DNA from: Terriglobia bacterium
GTDB taxonomy: Bacteria > Acidobacteriota > Terriglobia > Acidiferrales > UBA7541
Reading direction: 5' to 3'
Length of the DNA stretch: 64,000 bases
NCBI GenBank assembly: GCA_963695545.1
Contig: OY968796.1
Span: forward strand, 3,392,001 to 3,456,000
Part shown: positions 46,130-56,637 of the stretch, one piece after another
Layout: every line of letters begins with the position of its first letter
How positions within the stretch are numbered: the stretch's first letter is position 1
The notes under the pieces: generated by a model
What the model was told of the DNA's origin: nothing
The model's database searches: none
The model's input: only the letters and a program-made list of their open reading frames with translations
Translations under genes and position numbers: made by a program

Positions 46130-46606
46130 CTAGCGGAGGCGGCCGACGGGAGCGGCGGGCTGCACGAGGAGCTGCTCTTTGCGGCGAACGAGCGAATTGA
46201 TGTCGTAGGTGGCGAGCTCGAAGCCGTGGCCGTGGGTGATGGCGTCGGTGGGGCAGGCTTCAACGCAGTAGCCGCAGAAAATACAGCGCGAGTAGTCGAT
46301 GTTGTACACCGAGGCGTAGCGATCGCCGGCGGAAATGCGCTTCTCGGCGGTGTTTTCCGCGGCTTCGATGTAGATGCAGCGCGCGGGGCACGCCGCGGCG
46401 CAGAGGAAGCAACCTACGCATTTTTCAAGGCCGTCTTCATCGCGCTGAAGCACGTGAATGCCACGATAGCGCGCCTCAAAATGAACCGGCTCCTCGGGAT
46501 AATTCTCGGTGACGGGCTTGAGAAACAGATTGCGCAGCGTGACGCTGAAGCCCTTGACGAGCGCGCCGATGGATTCGCCAACGTCGGTGATGATGGATGA
46601 CATCAT
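46130..46606 (-). CDS. nuoI: NADH-quinone oxidoreductase subunit I (stand-alone)
   Basis: Two 4Fe-4S motifs, CVGCFLCAAACP and CIFCGYCVEACP. Confidence 0.9.
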   Translation of the reverse strand: MMSSIITDVGESIGALVKGFSVTLRNLFLKPVTENYPEEPVHFEARYRGIHVLQRDEDGLEKCVGCFLCAAACPARCIYIEAAENTAEKRISAGDRYASVYNIDYSRCIFCGYCVEACPTDAITHGHGFELATYDINSLVRRKEQLLVQPAAPVGRLR

Positions 46607-46651
46607 ATGAAGTTTAGCAGGCGCGCAAACGGCGCGCAAATTGGCCGCGGA

Positions 46652-47650
46652 TCAGAATTTTCTAGCCGCGGCGGACTTGCCGGTGATGGCGGCGATGATT
46701 TGCTTCCCGTGGAAGCGGCCGTTTTCGATGAAAATTTCGCTGGTGTGGTTCCCGCCGATCACTACGCCGGCGAGGTAAATTCCGGGGACATTACTTTCAA
46801 GCGTTAGTGGGTCGAGTGCGGGCTTGTTGTTCGCGGGGTCGAGCGCGACACCGAGGCTCCGCAGAAAAGAGAAATCCGGGTGATAGCCAGTGAGGGCGAA
46901 GACCTGCTCTGCGGGAAGCGATAGCTCGCCGGCGGAATTCGAAATGCGCACGCTTTCGGGCTCAAAGCGCACGACTTCCGTATCAAAGAACGCGCGCACC
47001 TGGCCGGCCTTGATGCGATTTTCGATGTCGGGGCGAACCCAATACTTGATCGTCGAGCCGAGTTCGGCGCGGCGATGCACGAGCGTGACGCGGACCCCGG
47101 CGCGATAAAGATCGAGCGCGGCTTCGGCGGCGGAATTTTTGCCGCCGACCACGACGACATCGCGGCGCCAGAATTCATGTGGATCGGTGTAGTAATGCGA
47201 GACGTTCGGCAGATCTTCGCCGGGGACTTCCATCTTATTCGGCAGATCGTAATAGCCCGTGGCCACCACTATTTTCGCGCTGCGGAAGTCGTGGCGCTCG
47301 CCTGAGGCGTCGCGCGTTTCGACGTCAAACTGGCCGTCGCCGCCGGAGACGCGCATGACGCGCTGCCATAGGCTGAGCTCCAGTTGATAGTGCTCGGCGC
47401 ACTTGCGATAATACTTGAGCGCTTCGACGCGCGTGGGCTTCTCGGACGGGCTGGTGAGCGGCAGATCGCCGATTTCGAGCAGTTCCGGCGTCGTGAAAAA
47501 AACCATATTCGTGGGATAGTGGTAGATCGAATTGCAAAGGCTGCCCTTGTCGATCACCAGGGGACGCAGGCCGGCGCGCACGGCTTCGATGGCGGTGGCC
47601 AGGCCAGTTGGTCCGGCGCCGATGCAGATTAGATCGTAGCGTTCAGGCAT
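46652..47650 (-). CDS. ypdA: YpdA-family (bacillithiol disulfide reductase-like) flavoprotein
   Basis: GAGPTG, ATGYYD, GGKNSA, IFIENGRFH. Confidence 0.85.
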   Translation of the reverse strand: MPERYDLICIGAGPTGLATAIEAVRAGLRPLVIDKGSLCNSIYHYPTNMVFFTTPELLEIGDLPLTSPSEKPTRVEALKYYRKCAEHYQLELSLWQRVMRVSGGDGQFDVETRDASGERHDFRSAKIVVATGYYDLPNKMEVPGEDLPNVSHYYTDPHEFWRRDVVVVGGKNSAAEAALDLYRAGVRVTLVHRRAELGSTIKYWVRPDIENRIKAGQVRAFFDTEVVRFEPESVRISNSAGELSLPAEQVFALTGYHPDFSFLRSLGVALDPANNKPALDPLTLESNVPGIYLAGVVIGGNHTSEIFIENGRFHGKQIIAAITGKSAAARKF

Positions 47651-47785
47651 AAAACGAGTTTGCCTTGCGACGCAGTCGATTGCAACATCGGCGCCGTGCG
47701 GCGAATGCGGCCTCGCGAACCGTGATTCACAGAGGCGTAACACGCGCGTAACGCGGCCTTCACCGAATTACACGATGCTCTCCCG

Positions 47786-48580
47786 ATGGCCATAGAAGGA
47801 ATGCCGAATGCAGAAACGCTGCGAGCCACCACTCGCCGGCCTCGCGACCCGCGAGGAGGGCGCGTTTTCGGCGGCGTGGGCGGCTTCGCGGAGGCGCGGC
47901 GAAAATATCCCGGCGCGCTGATCGTGGTGGAAGGAATCGACGGCTCGGGGAAAAGCACGCAGCTTTATTTGTTGAAGCGCTGGCTCGAGATCGGCGGTTA
48001 CCGCATACACTTCACGGAGTGGAATTCCTCGCCGCTCGTGAAATCAACGACCAAGCGCGGCAAGCAGCGGCGTTTGCTGACTCCCACAACTTTCTCTCTG
48101 CTACACGCGGCGGATTTCGCCGATCGATGCGAACGCCAGATTCTGCCGCTGCTGCACGGCGGATATTTAGTGCTGGCGGATCGCTATGTTTATACGGCGT
48201 TCGCGCGCGACGTGGCGCGGGGCTGCTCTCCCGTGTGGCTGCGGAATTTATATCGCTTCGCACCGGTGCCCGATATCACGTTTTATTTTCGCGCGCCGCT
48301 GGACGTTGCGGTGGACCGCATCATCGCCGGCAGGCCGCGCTTGAAATTTTACGAAGCGGGCATGGACCTGAATCTTTCGCTGGACCGCGCGGAAAGTTTC
48401 CGGATGTTTCAAGCGCGCATTCAGGAGCAATACGATTCGATGGTGGAATCGGACAATTTCATCGTGATGGACGGCACGATGACGGTGAATCGTCTGCAAA
48501 AGCAGATGCGCGAATTGGTGCAGAAACGCGTAGACCTCGGGCGGTTTGCGCCGAAGCGGCAGGCGGAGGGGCCGGTATGA
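47786..48580 (+). CDS. Thymidylate kinase-like protein 1
   Basis: P-loop EGIDGSGKST and LADRY. Confidence 0.8.
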   Translation: MAIEGMPNAETLRATTRRPRDPRGGRVFGGVGGFAEARRKYPGALIVVEGIDGSGKSTQLYLLKRWLEIGGYRIHFTEWNSSPLVKSTTKRGKQRRLLTPTTFSLLHAADFADRCERQILPLLHGGYLVLADRYVYTAFARDVARGCSPVWLRNLYRFAPVPDITFYFRAPLDVAVDRIIAGRPRLKFYEAGMDLNLSLDRAESFRMFQARIQEQYDSMVESDNFIVMDGTMTVNRLQKQMRELVQKRVDLGRFAPKRQAEGPV

Positions 48581-49401
48581 AGCGGGCGGCGCATCACGCG
48601 GGGCGCGACGGTGCGAAGCGCGGAAGAAAATCCGCGGCACCGGCGGCTGCGGACGGAGCCGCGGCGCTGGCGGCGCACTTTCACGGAATCCCGTTGCCGG
48701 GTGTGAAGACGGAAGAACTGGGCGGCTCGCTGATTGTAGTCGAAGGCACGGACGGATCAGGGCGGTCGACGCAGATTTCGCTGTTGACGGAGTGGCTGGA
48801 GTCGGAAGGGTTCGCGGTGCAGACGATGGGGCTGCGGCGCTCGTTCCTGGTCGCCAAGGACATCGACACGCTGCTGGAAGAAAACGCCATCACGCGCATG
48901 ACACTCACGCTGATGTACGCAACGGATTTTTTCGATCAACTCGAGCATCGCATCCTTCCGGCGTTGCATTCGGACTTCATCGTGCTGGCCGATCGCTACT
49001 TCTACACGCTGATCGCGCGCGCGGCGGTGCGCGGAATTGAGCGCGGATATTTGCATGGCTTGTACGCGATGGCGCTGCGGCCGGACCTGACGTTTTGGCT
49101 CGACGTGAGTCCAGAGGCGGCGTTCGAGCGCGAGTTCCGGAAATCGCACGCGATCAGTTACTGGGAATCCGGGCGCGATATGTCGCTCTCCAACGATTTG
49201 TTTCAGTCTTTCATCCGCTATCAGGCCCGAGTGCGCAAGGAATTCCGCGGATTTTCCGCGCGGCATAGTTTCATCGAATTGAACGGCGAGAACAGCATCC
49301 CCGCGGTGAACCAGCAACTGCGCAAGCGCATTGCCGCGCACCTGGGTATTTCCCGCACGCGCTATACGCCTTCGGCGGCGTTGGCCCACCTGTGGCGCTG
49401 A
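48577..49401 (+). CDS. Thymidylate kinase-like protein 2 (P-loop K to R)
   Basis: EGTDGSGRST and LADRY; ATGA overlap with the upstream gene. Confidence 0.8.
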   Translation: MKRAAHHAGRDGAKRGRKSAAPAAADGAAALAAHFHGIPLPGVKTEELGGSLIVVEGTDGSGRSTQISLLTEWLESEGFAVQTMGLRRSFLVAKDIDTLLEENAITRMTLTLMYATDFFDQLEHRILPALHSDFIVLADRYFYTLIARAAVRGIERGYLHGLYAMALRPDLTFWLDVSPEAAFEREFRKSHAISYWESGRDMSLSNDLFQSFIRYQARVRKEFRGFSARHSFIELNGENSIPAVNQQLRKRIAAHLGISRTRYTPSAALAHLWR

Positions 49402-50396
49402 GACTCGTCGAACCCCTGCGCATCGCTGCCGTGGACGCGGGCTCAAACGCGATCCGCCTGATCGTGGCGCGGGCTTACGGGGCCGGGCGCTGGGAGACGG
49501 TAGAAACGCTGCGCCTTCCGGTGCGCCTGGGACACCACGCCTTCTCCGGTGGACGCCTCAATCAGAGAACGCTGGCGGAGGCTGTCGCCGGCTTTCGCGA
49601 ATTTCAACTTCACATGGAGCGCAGCGGCGTTGTGGCCTATCGCGCCGTGGCCACGAGCGCGGCGCGCGAAGCGCGGAATCGCGAGCGGTTGCTCGATCTT
49701 GTGCGCAGACGCGCGGGACTCGAGCTTGAAATTATTTCGGGCGACGAAGAAGCGCGGCTGGTTCGCGTGGCTGTGGCGCGGGCGTTCGCGGGCCACGCGA
49801 CGCCGCGCGTGATCCTGGATTTCGGCGGCGGAAGCCTGGAGATCAACTGGATGCGCGGCGCTGAAGTGGAGCGCGTGGCGACGCTGCCTCTCGGAGCTGT
49901 GCGATTGATGGAAGCCTACCGCGCCGCGGGCGCGATTCCCGAGGAGCGCGCGGCGGAACTCGTGCGGCATGTGGAGCACGTGCTCGCGAGCGCGCTGGGC
50001 GACCGGCGTCCTCGCGCCGTGCGGCTGCTCGTGGCGTGCGGCGGAAACGCGGAATTTTTGGCGCGCGTTGCGGCGGGAGCGGCGCACAATGGATTCCCTG
50101 CGCTCAGTCTGCACGTGCTGCGTGCGCGGCTGTGGCAAATTCTTCATTTGGACGCGGACGAGCGCAAACGGACGTTTCACGTGCGGCGCGATCGCGCGGA
50201 AGTGATGGGCGTGGCGGCACTGGTGCTGCTGACGGTGGGGCGCTGGCTGCGGGCGCGGAGTTTTGTGATCCCTGGAGTTGGCGTGCGCGAAGGCTTGCTG
50301 ACGGAAATTACGCAAACGATGTTCGCTCCGCGCGGGCCGCTTACGGCACGAGAAGCGCCCAGCGGGCGCGCGCGGAGACCAGCGCGCTCGAGATGA
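49392..50396 (+). CDS. ppx: Ppx/GppA exopolyphosphatase (short form)
   Basis: DAGSNAIR, ATSAAREA, DFGGGSLE, GVREG. Confidence 0.88.
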   Translation: MALRLVEPLRIAAVDAGSNAIRLIVARAYGAGRWETVETLRLPVRLGHHAFSGGRLNQRTLAEAVAGFREFQLHMERSGVVAYRAVATSAAREARNRERLLDLVRRRAGLELEIISGDEEARLVRVAVARAFAGHATPRVILDFGGGSLEINWMRGAEVERVATLPLGAVRLMEAYRAAGAIPEERAAELVRHVEHVLASALGDRRPRAVRLLVACGGNAEFLARVAAGAAHNGFPALSLHVLRARLWQILHLDADERKRTFHVRRDRAEVMGVAALVLLTVGRWLRARSFVIPGVGVREGLLTEITQTMFAPRGPLTAREAPSGRARRPARSR

Positions 50397-50413
50397 GTGC
50401 GTAGGAGAAAACG

Positions 50414-50953
50414 ATGCTGCTCTATTTAGTCCGACATGGAATTGCCGTGGACCGCGCGCCGAGCGGCGCGGGGCGCGGCGCTTCGCACTCGTTGCATGCG
50501 GGGCACGACATGATGCCCGACGCCGAGCGGCCGCTGACGCTGCGCGGGCGCAAGCGCAGCCGCGCCGCGGCGGAAGGATTGCGCGCGCTGGACGCGAAGC
50601 CCGACGCGATGCTCTCGAGCCCGCTGGTGCGCGCGGAACAAACGGCCAAACTTTTCGCGCAGGTGTTCGACTTCCCTGCCGACGAAATTCGGATTACCGA
50701 CAGCCTTAAATCCAGCGGCGTGCCGGCCGATCTGCTTCGCGAAGTCGGGAAACTCGGGGCGCACGAAGTGATGTGCTTCGGCCACGAGCCGCATTTGAGC
50801 CACGTGATCGCGTACATCCTGCATTCGCGCAACAACGGAACGGAATTGCGGCGCGCGGGCGTGGCGTGTTTTGAGTTGAAAACTTTGTCGCCGCCTTCGG
50901 GAATGCTCGTCGGGCTCTACAGCGCGAAGGCATTGCGGCTGCTGGGCAAGTGA
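50414..50953 (+). CDS. sixA: SixA-like phosphohistidine phosphatase
   Basis: LVRHG, SSPLVRAEQT, GHEP. Confidence 0.85.
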   Translation: MLLYLVRHGIAVDRAPSGAGRGASHSLHAGHDMMPDAERPLTLRGRKRSRAAAEGLRALDAKPDAMLSSPLVRAEQTAKLFAQVFDFPADEIRITDSLKSSGVPADLLREVGKLGAHEVMCFGHEPHLSHVIAYILHSRNNGTELRRAGVACFELKTLSPPSGMLVGLYSAKALRLLGK

Positions 50954-51015
50954 CGCATCTCCCTTCCCAACTCAGCTGACTGACGCTTCGAGCGCGAGTA
51001 ACAAGCACCAATCCC

Positions 51016-51429
51016 CTAAATTTGGCCAGGCACGCCGCCCCATTCTTCGGGATCAACGTCGGCGATCGACTGGGAAAACGTCCAGTGGTGGCCGGCAAAA
51101 TCCTCCGCGTTGTACTGGCGTTCTCCGTAGGGATAATTTTTCGGCGGACGCAGGATGCGCACTCCGAATTTCACGGCGCGGTCATAGTGGCGGTCGACGT
51201 CGTCCACACGCACCATAACGCTGCGGTGGGCGCGATCTGCATCCGCGGCTGATTGCTCTGTCAGCACGACAGCTCCGTCGCCCACGTTGAGCTGTGCGCG
51301 ATGGCTGCCCATTCCGATGCGCGAAGTGAAACCGAAGGCGTTGCAAAGCCACTTCGTCGCCTCGATCACGTCCGCGTAAGGAAGCTCCGGAATAACCGTG
51401 GATCGCGGCATGGAACGATTCGAGAGCAT
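51016..51429 (-). CDS. VOC/glyoxalase-bleomycin resistance family protein
   Basis: PYGERQYNAEDFAGHHWTF. Confidence 0.85.
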   Translation of the reverse strand: MLSNRSMPRSTVIPELPYADVIEATKWLCNAFGFTSRIGMGSHRAQLNVGDGAVVLTEQSAADADRAHRSVMVRVDDVDRHYDRAVKFGVRILRPPKNYPYGERQYNAEDFAGHHWTFSQSIADVDPEEWGGVPGQI

Positions 51430-51458
51430 GTGCAGTCCACGGACGGCGAGAGAATGAG

Positions 51459-52319
51459 CTAGGCGGCGTCGTTGGTGGCGGCGCGCTCGGATTGCTGCTC
51501 CAGCTCGGTGATGACTGAGCGGAGGGCTTGGATCAATTCCTGGCGCGCGACGTGGCTGCGGAGGAATTGAACTCGGAGTTTGAAGGACTGATCTTCAGGC
51601 TCGAAATTGAAAAGATAGGGCTGAGGGCGCGGGCCGGATTGTTTTTCGTCGCGGCGCTCGCGGCGGGCTTCATCGCGCGTGAGGCCGCCTTGGAGGATGC
51701 GCGCCACGGCTTCGGTCATCTTGCGTTCGTTGGGCTGGCGCGCGACCTGGAGAAGGAGCGATTTTGAAACCACGCCGCGCTCGATGCAGCGGCGGCGCAA
51801 GCTTTCGGGGATCGTTCGCAGCGAAAGCGTTTCCGTGACGGACGAGCGGGCGCGGCCGATTTTCTGCGCGATATCGTCGTGCGTGTAATCGAAAACTTCG
51901 GCCAGGCGCTGCAGACCGTCGGCTTCTTCAAACGGCGTCAGATCTTTGCGCTGGAGATTTTCGATCAGCGCGATCTCGAGAGTTTCGGCGTCGTCGGCGA
52001 TTTTTTCGATGCAAGGCAGCTCGGTGAGGCCGGCGGCTTGCGAAGCGTGGAAGCGGCGCTCGCCGGAGATGATGTAGTAGGTATCGTCGCGCGGCATGTA
52101 GCGCACCAGCAGCGGCTCGAGAACGCCCTTTTCACGCACGGAGTCTGTGAGCTCGCGCAAATCGCCCAGGGCTTTGCGGGGCTGATCCGGGTTGGGCTGA
52201 ATCTTATCGATCGGAATCATGCGCCCGATCGCCGCGCCGCTAAAACTGGCTAGCGTTTCGACGTAATGGGCGTCATGCCGCATCTTCAGTGTGACGGGCA
52301 ACCCGATCCGCTTCGACAC
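51459..52319 (-). CDS. parB: ParB/Spo0J partition protein
   Basis: PNPDQPRK, IISGERR, IENLQRKDL; GTG start overlapping parA. Confidence 0.88.
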   Translation of the reverse strand: MSKRIGLPVTLKMRHDAHYVETLASFSGAAIGRMIPIDKIQPNPDQPRKALGDLRELTDSVREKGVLEPLLVRYMPRDDTYYIISGERRFHASQAAGLTELPCIEKIADDAETLEIALIENLQRKDLTPFEEADGLQRLAEVFDYTHDDIAQKIGRARSSVTETLSLRTIPESLRRRCIERGVVSKSLLLQVARQPNERKMTEAVARILQGGLTRDEARRERRDEKQSGPRPQPYLFNFEPEDQSFKLRVQFLRSHVARQELIQALRSVITELEQQSERAATNDAA

Positions 52320-53073
52320 GTTGGATGACCTCCTGAGCAAGCTTGGTGTACTCCTTGGCGCCGGGCGATTTGGGCGCGAAGGTGAGAATCGTTTCTTTGT
52401 ATGCGGGACTCTCTTCGAGGCGCACGTTCTTGCTGATGCGTGTTTTGAAAAGCGCGGGACCGAAGACGTTGCGAATCTGATCGTGCGTGTCGCGGGAGAT
52501 GTTCGTGCGCTTATCGAAAAGCGTGATGACCACGCCGAGGACCTTGAGGCTGGGATTGGGGCGCGCGCGAATGCGCTCGTAGGTTTCGAGCAAATCGTCG
52601 GTGCCTTCGATGGCGAAGTAGGCGGCTTGGATCGGCACCACGAGATGCGTCGAGGCGACGAGAGCATTTACGGTAAGGATGCCGAGAGCGGGCGGCGTGT
52701 CCAGAACGATGTAATCGAAATCTTTCAGGATCGGCGTCAGCACGTCCTTCAACTTGAACGGCGCGTCGAATTGACCGGAGAGCTGCTGTTCGAGCTTGGC
52801 CAGGCCGAGCTTGGCCGGCGCAACCGAGAGGTTCGCGTTCTTGGTGGAGCGAATCGCGGAGGACATCGCGGCGTGATGCTCGCCGAGAACGTCAAACATG
52901 GTGGTTTCGATTTCGGCGAGATCGAAAAAGGCGATGGTGGAGTTGGCTTGCGGGTCGAGATCGATCAGCAGAGTTCGCTTGCCGCTCTTCGCGATGGCCG
53001 CGGCCAAATTAATGGCCGTCGTGGTTTTTCCGACGCCGCCCTTCTGGTTGGCAATCGTGAGGATCGTGGTCAT
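52273..53073 (-). CDS. parA: ParA/Soj ATPase
   Basis: NQKGGVGKTT, DLDPQAN, DTPP. Confidence 0.92.
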   Translation of the reverse strand: MTTILTIANQKGGVGKTTTAINLAAAIAKSGKRTLLIDLDPQANSTIAFFDLAEIETTMFDVLGEHHAAMSSAIRSTKNANLSVAPAKLGLAKLEQQLSGQFDAPFKLKDVLTPILKDFDYIVLDTPPALGILTVNALVASTHLVVPIQAAYFAIEGTDDLLETYERIRARPNPSLKVLGVVITLFDKRTNISRDTHDQIRNVFGPALFKTRISKNVRLEESPAYKETILTFAPKSPGAKEYTKLAQEVIQRVEADRVARHTEDAA

Positions 53074-53244
53074 ATTGTTCAAATAATGGCGACCCGCGCG
53101 GGAGGGTTTGCAACCCCATCCCTACAAATTGTGGTGCTGGAGGCACACGCCACCAGACACGCTCAATCTACCCGCCGTGGCGGGCCAGCGCAAGTGAAAA
53201 TATCCGCGGCTTGGGTAGTGGGAAGCCGCCGGAAACCATGCACG

Positions 53245-53730
53245 CTACATCTTATAGCGGCCGAGGTCCTCGTCGGAGAGATTTTCGAGCCAGCGGCGCA
53301 GTTCTTCGCTGGTGGTCTTCTCATTGACCGGGCTCGCGGCGCGGGAACTCTTCAGGACTTCGTCCTCGACGAAAATCGGGCAATCGACGCGCAGCGCGAG
53401 TGCCAGAGCATCGCTGGGGCGCGAATCGATGGACATGATGCGGCCGTCGCGTTCGATCCAGATCAGGGCATAGAAGGTGTCGTCGCGCAGATCGTTGACC
53501 ACGACTTTTTGCACGCGGACGTTCAGGCCGAGAAGGACGTTGCGCAGAAGATCGTGGGTCATGGGACGCGGCGTTTGAACTTTTTCGATTTCGAGCGCGA
53601 TGGCGTTCGCTTCGTAGATTCCGACCCACACGGGAAGAACGGCGCTGCCGTGCGCGTCCTTCAAGACCACGATGGGCATGTTGGTGACCGGGTCCATCAT
53701 CAGGCCGCGAATCTTCATCTCAACTTCCAT
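53245..53730 (-). CDS. Bifunctional nuclease (DUF151)
   Basis: RPMTHDLL, DSRPSDALALA. Confidence 0.9.
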   Translation of the reverse strand: MEVEMKIRGLMMDPVTNMPIVVLKDAHGSAVLPVWVGIYEANAIALEIEKVQTPRPMTHDLLRNVLLGLNVRVQKVVVNDLRDDTFYALIWIERDGRIMSIDSRPSDALALALRVDCPIFVEDEVLKSSRAASPVNEKTTSEELRRWLENLSDEDLGRYKM

Positions 53731-53751
53731 CGCGCCTCCCTGGGGAAATTG

Positions 53752-55119
53752 CTATCCCGATGTCGCACGGTCTCCGTTAAGATTGCTCGGTCCTGCTCCT
53801 ATGATGCTAATGGAAACGTATTGTCCCAAGAGGTTGGGCTCGGAGGAAGAGAAATTTACCATGCGATTGCTTGAAGTACGACCTAGCCACTGGCCGGGTT
53901 TGCGGGAGGAACCGTCGACAAGGACCTCGACGGTCTGGCCGATGAGCGATTGATTGCGCGCGATTTGAATCTCGCGCTGGTGGTCTTGCAGGATCGCGAG
54001 GCGCTTGGCGCGTTCTTGCTCGGGCACGACCCCGGACATGTGAAGCGCTTCGGTATTCGGGCGCGGAGAGAATTGGAAGGCGAAGACGCTGTCGTACTGC
54101 GCGACGTCGAGCAGGCTGAGCGTGTCGGCAAAATCCTCGCCGGATTCTCCGGGGAAGCCCACGATGATATCGGTTGTGACGCTGATGGGGCGGCGTGCGG
54201 CGCGGATGAGAGCGATCTTTTCCAGATACTCCTCGCGCGTGTAGGTGCGACGCATGGCTTGCAAGATGCGCGATGAGCCGGATTGCACGGGGAGATGAAC
54301 GTGTTCGCAGAGCGCGGGGACGGAATCGATGGCTTCGACGATGTCGCGGCCGAAATCGCGCGGGTGCGAGGTGGTGAAGCGCACGCGGCGAATTCCGGAG
54401 ACTTCCGTTGCGGCCACCAGAAGTTCGGCGAACGTCATTCGGCGGGGCGACGGATCGCGATATGAATTCACGGTCTGGCCGAGAAATTGGATTTCGGAAT
54501 AGCCGGCGTCGGCAAGGCGGCGCACTTCTTCGAGAACAGCGGCGCTTGTGCGGCTTCTCTCCGGGCCGCGCGTAAACGGCACGACGCAATAGGCGCACGC
54601 CTTGCTACAGCCTTCGATGATCGTGATGTAAGCGCGGAACGGATTGTCGCGGCGGGTTAATTCGGTCTCGAAAGTTTCGTCGGTGTCGGTATCGAGGCCC
54701 ATCACGCGGCGATCGCCGTTTTCGAGCTGTGCCAGAAGCTCGGGCAATTTGCGATAACTGGCCGAGCCGCACACGAGACTGACCCACGGGGCGCGCTCGA
54801 AGATTTCTTCGCCTTCCTGTTGGGCGACGCAGCCGAGCACGCCGATGATTTGGCCGTTGCCTTGGCGCTCGCGAAAAAGTCCCAGGCGCGAGAAAACTTT
54901 CTGCGCGGCTTTTTCGCGGATGCTGCAGGTGTTGTAAAAGACGATCTGCGCTTCATCTGGGCGCTCCACGGGTCGGTAGCCGCGGCCGGCAAGCACGCCT
55001 GCGACCTTCTCCGAGTCGTGCGCGTTCATTTGGCAGCCGAAGGTTTCAAGATAGAACGTTCCGGGGCGAATCGGGAGCGCGTCGTCGAGACGCGAATGCG
55101 CGGGCGCGGCCGCGGGCAT
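53752..55119 (-). CDS. miaB: tRNA-2-methylthio-N6-dimethylallyladenosine synthase
   Basis: TFGCQMN, NTCSIREKA, CSKACAYC, C-terminal TRAM domain; start approximate. Confidence 0.93.
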   Translation of the reverse strand: MPAAAPAHSRLDDALPIRPGTFYLETFGCQMNAHDSEKVAGVLAGRGYRPVERPDEAQIVFYNTCSIREKAAQKVFSRLGLFRERQGNGQIIGVLGCVAQQEGEEIFERAPWVSLVCGSASYRKLPELLAQLENGDRRVMGLDTDTDETFETELTRRDNPFRAYITIIEGCSKACAYCVVPFTRGPERSRTSAAVLEEVRRLADAGYSEIQFLGQTVNSYRDPSPRRMTFAELLVAATEVSGIRRVRFTTSHPRDFGRDIVEAIDSVPALCEHVHLPVQSGSSRILQAMRRTYTREEYLEKIALIRAARRPISVTTDIIVGFPGESGEDFADTLSLLDVAQYDSVFAFQFSPRPNTEALHMSGVVPEQERAKRLAILQDHQREIQIARNQSLIGQTVEVLVDGSSRKPGQWLGRTSSNRMVNFSSSEPNLLGQYVSISIIGAGPSNLNGDRATSG

Positions 55120-55475
55120 CTCTGTCGCGGCGGCTAGAGTCTCGAGGCGGACGTCGAAGGAGGACGACACGGTTTTGAAAGCTGATCGTATCACAGGTGA
55201 AGCGACCGAGCGGGCGCGCCGGGACGCCGCGTGGTTACTCGAACGCGACGCACGCTGCGGGATATGGCGCGCCGCGGACGCGTTCTGCGCGTCCGTTGTC
55301 GCCCCGTGCACACGCGCAAAAATATCCAGCCATAAGTATATCGTGTTACGATACGATATGTATCGGATGGGGGAGTGCGGAAAGCACACACGAATCGCTA
55401 AAACTTTGACCGGTCCGAACTCGTATGCTACGGTAGCTTGGTGCGTTGTGGGACGCACATTTTTCAGTGGGGGAC

Positions 55476-56159
55476 ATGATTCGACTTCTTGGAATGACTC
55501 TGCTCGCAGGGCCCCTGGCGAATTTGATCGAACAGACTGGCTGGGTCGCCCGCGTGGTCCTTCTGATGCTCCTGGGGTTTTCGCTTTTCTCCTGGGCGCT
55601 GATCTTTCAAAAATCCAGCCGCTTCAGCCGATTGCGCTCTCAAACGGCGTTGTTTCTTCGCGTTTTTCGCTCCAATCCCGGCTTGCCGGACCCGCGCTCG
55701 ATCGGCAACACCGGCTCTCCTCTCGAAGCGGTGTACGCCGCGGGCTACCGCGAACTCGAACTGCAAGTGAAGGCCGCTGGACCGAACGGAAAAATCATAA
55801 GCCCGAACGCAGTCACTGTGAGCATGCAATTAGCGTCGGCAGAAGAGATCCGCAAACTCGAGCGGTACATGCCCTGGCTTGCGACCACGGGATCGGTGAC
55901 GCCGTTCATCGGATTGTTCGGAACGGTGTGGGGCGTGATGGACGCTTTCACGGGGCTGGGCGCCACGGGCGCGGCGAGTTTGCGGGCGGTTGCGCCGGGA
56001 ATTGCCGAAGCGCTGATCACGACCGCTGCTGGTCTGTTTACCGCCGTACCGGCGGTGATCGCCTACAACCATTTTCTGCACAACATTCGGGATACGGCCA
56101 CGCGGATGGATAATTTTGCGTTGGAAGTCTCGGCGCGAATCGAAAAGTTGAATCCCTGA
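55476..56159 (+). CDS. tolQ: TolQ (MotA/TolQ/ExbB)
   Basis: PFIGLFGTVWG, APGIAEAL. Confidence 0.9.
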   Translation: MIRLLGMTLLAGPLANLIEQTGWVARVVLLMLLGFSLFSWALIFQKSSRFSRLRSQTALFLRVFRSNPGLPDPRSIGNTGSPLEAVYAAGYRELELQVKAAGPNGKIISPNAVTVSMQLASAEEIRKLERYMPWLATTGSVTPFIGLFGTVWGVMDAFTGLGATGAASLRAVAPGIAEALITTAAGLFTAVPAVIAYNHFLHNIRDTATRMDNFALEVSARIEKLNP

Positions 56160-56214
56160 GGATAGGACCCGGCGCGCGGAACGAAACAAGCCGCGCAGCC
56201 GGGGGAGACGCACG

Positions 56215-56637
56215 ATGCCGCAGACGGCGCGAGAAACAGCAACCTCACTCTCCGAAATCAACATCGTCCCTTTCGTGGATGTGATGCTTGTGCTGCTGGT
56301 GATTTTCATGATCACTGCGCCGATTCTGCAGTCAGGGATCGAAGTCGACGTTCCGAAAACCAAGACGGTGCAGGAAATCACCCAGGATCGCCTGGTGGTG
56401 TCAATCGACCGGGCGCAAACGATTTATATCGGAAACGAAGCGGTGAATATTCACGCGCTGGGTGCGAGACTGAAAGCGCAGATGGGCGATCGGCCGAACG
56501 ACGCGATATTCCTGCGCTGCGACGAAAGCGTGCCGTTCGGCAGCTTTGCGACGGTGATGGACGCGCTGCGACAAGCCGGCATATCGAACATCAGCATCGT
56601 GACTGAACCTTTGACGACGCGCTCGACTCCGCAGTGA
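56215..56637 (+). CDS. tolR: TolR/ExbD
   Basis: INIVPFVDVMLVLLVIFMITAP. Confidence 0.9.
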   Translation: MPQTARETATSLSEINIVPFVDVMLVLLVIFMITAPILQSGIEVDVPKTKTVQEITQDRLVVSIDRAQTIYIGNEAVNIHALGARLKAQMGDRPNDAIFLRCDESVPFGSFATVMDALRQAGISNISIVTEPLTTRSTPQ

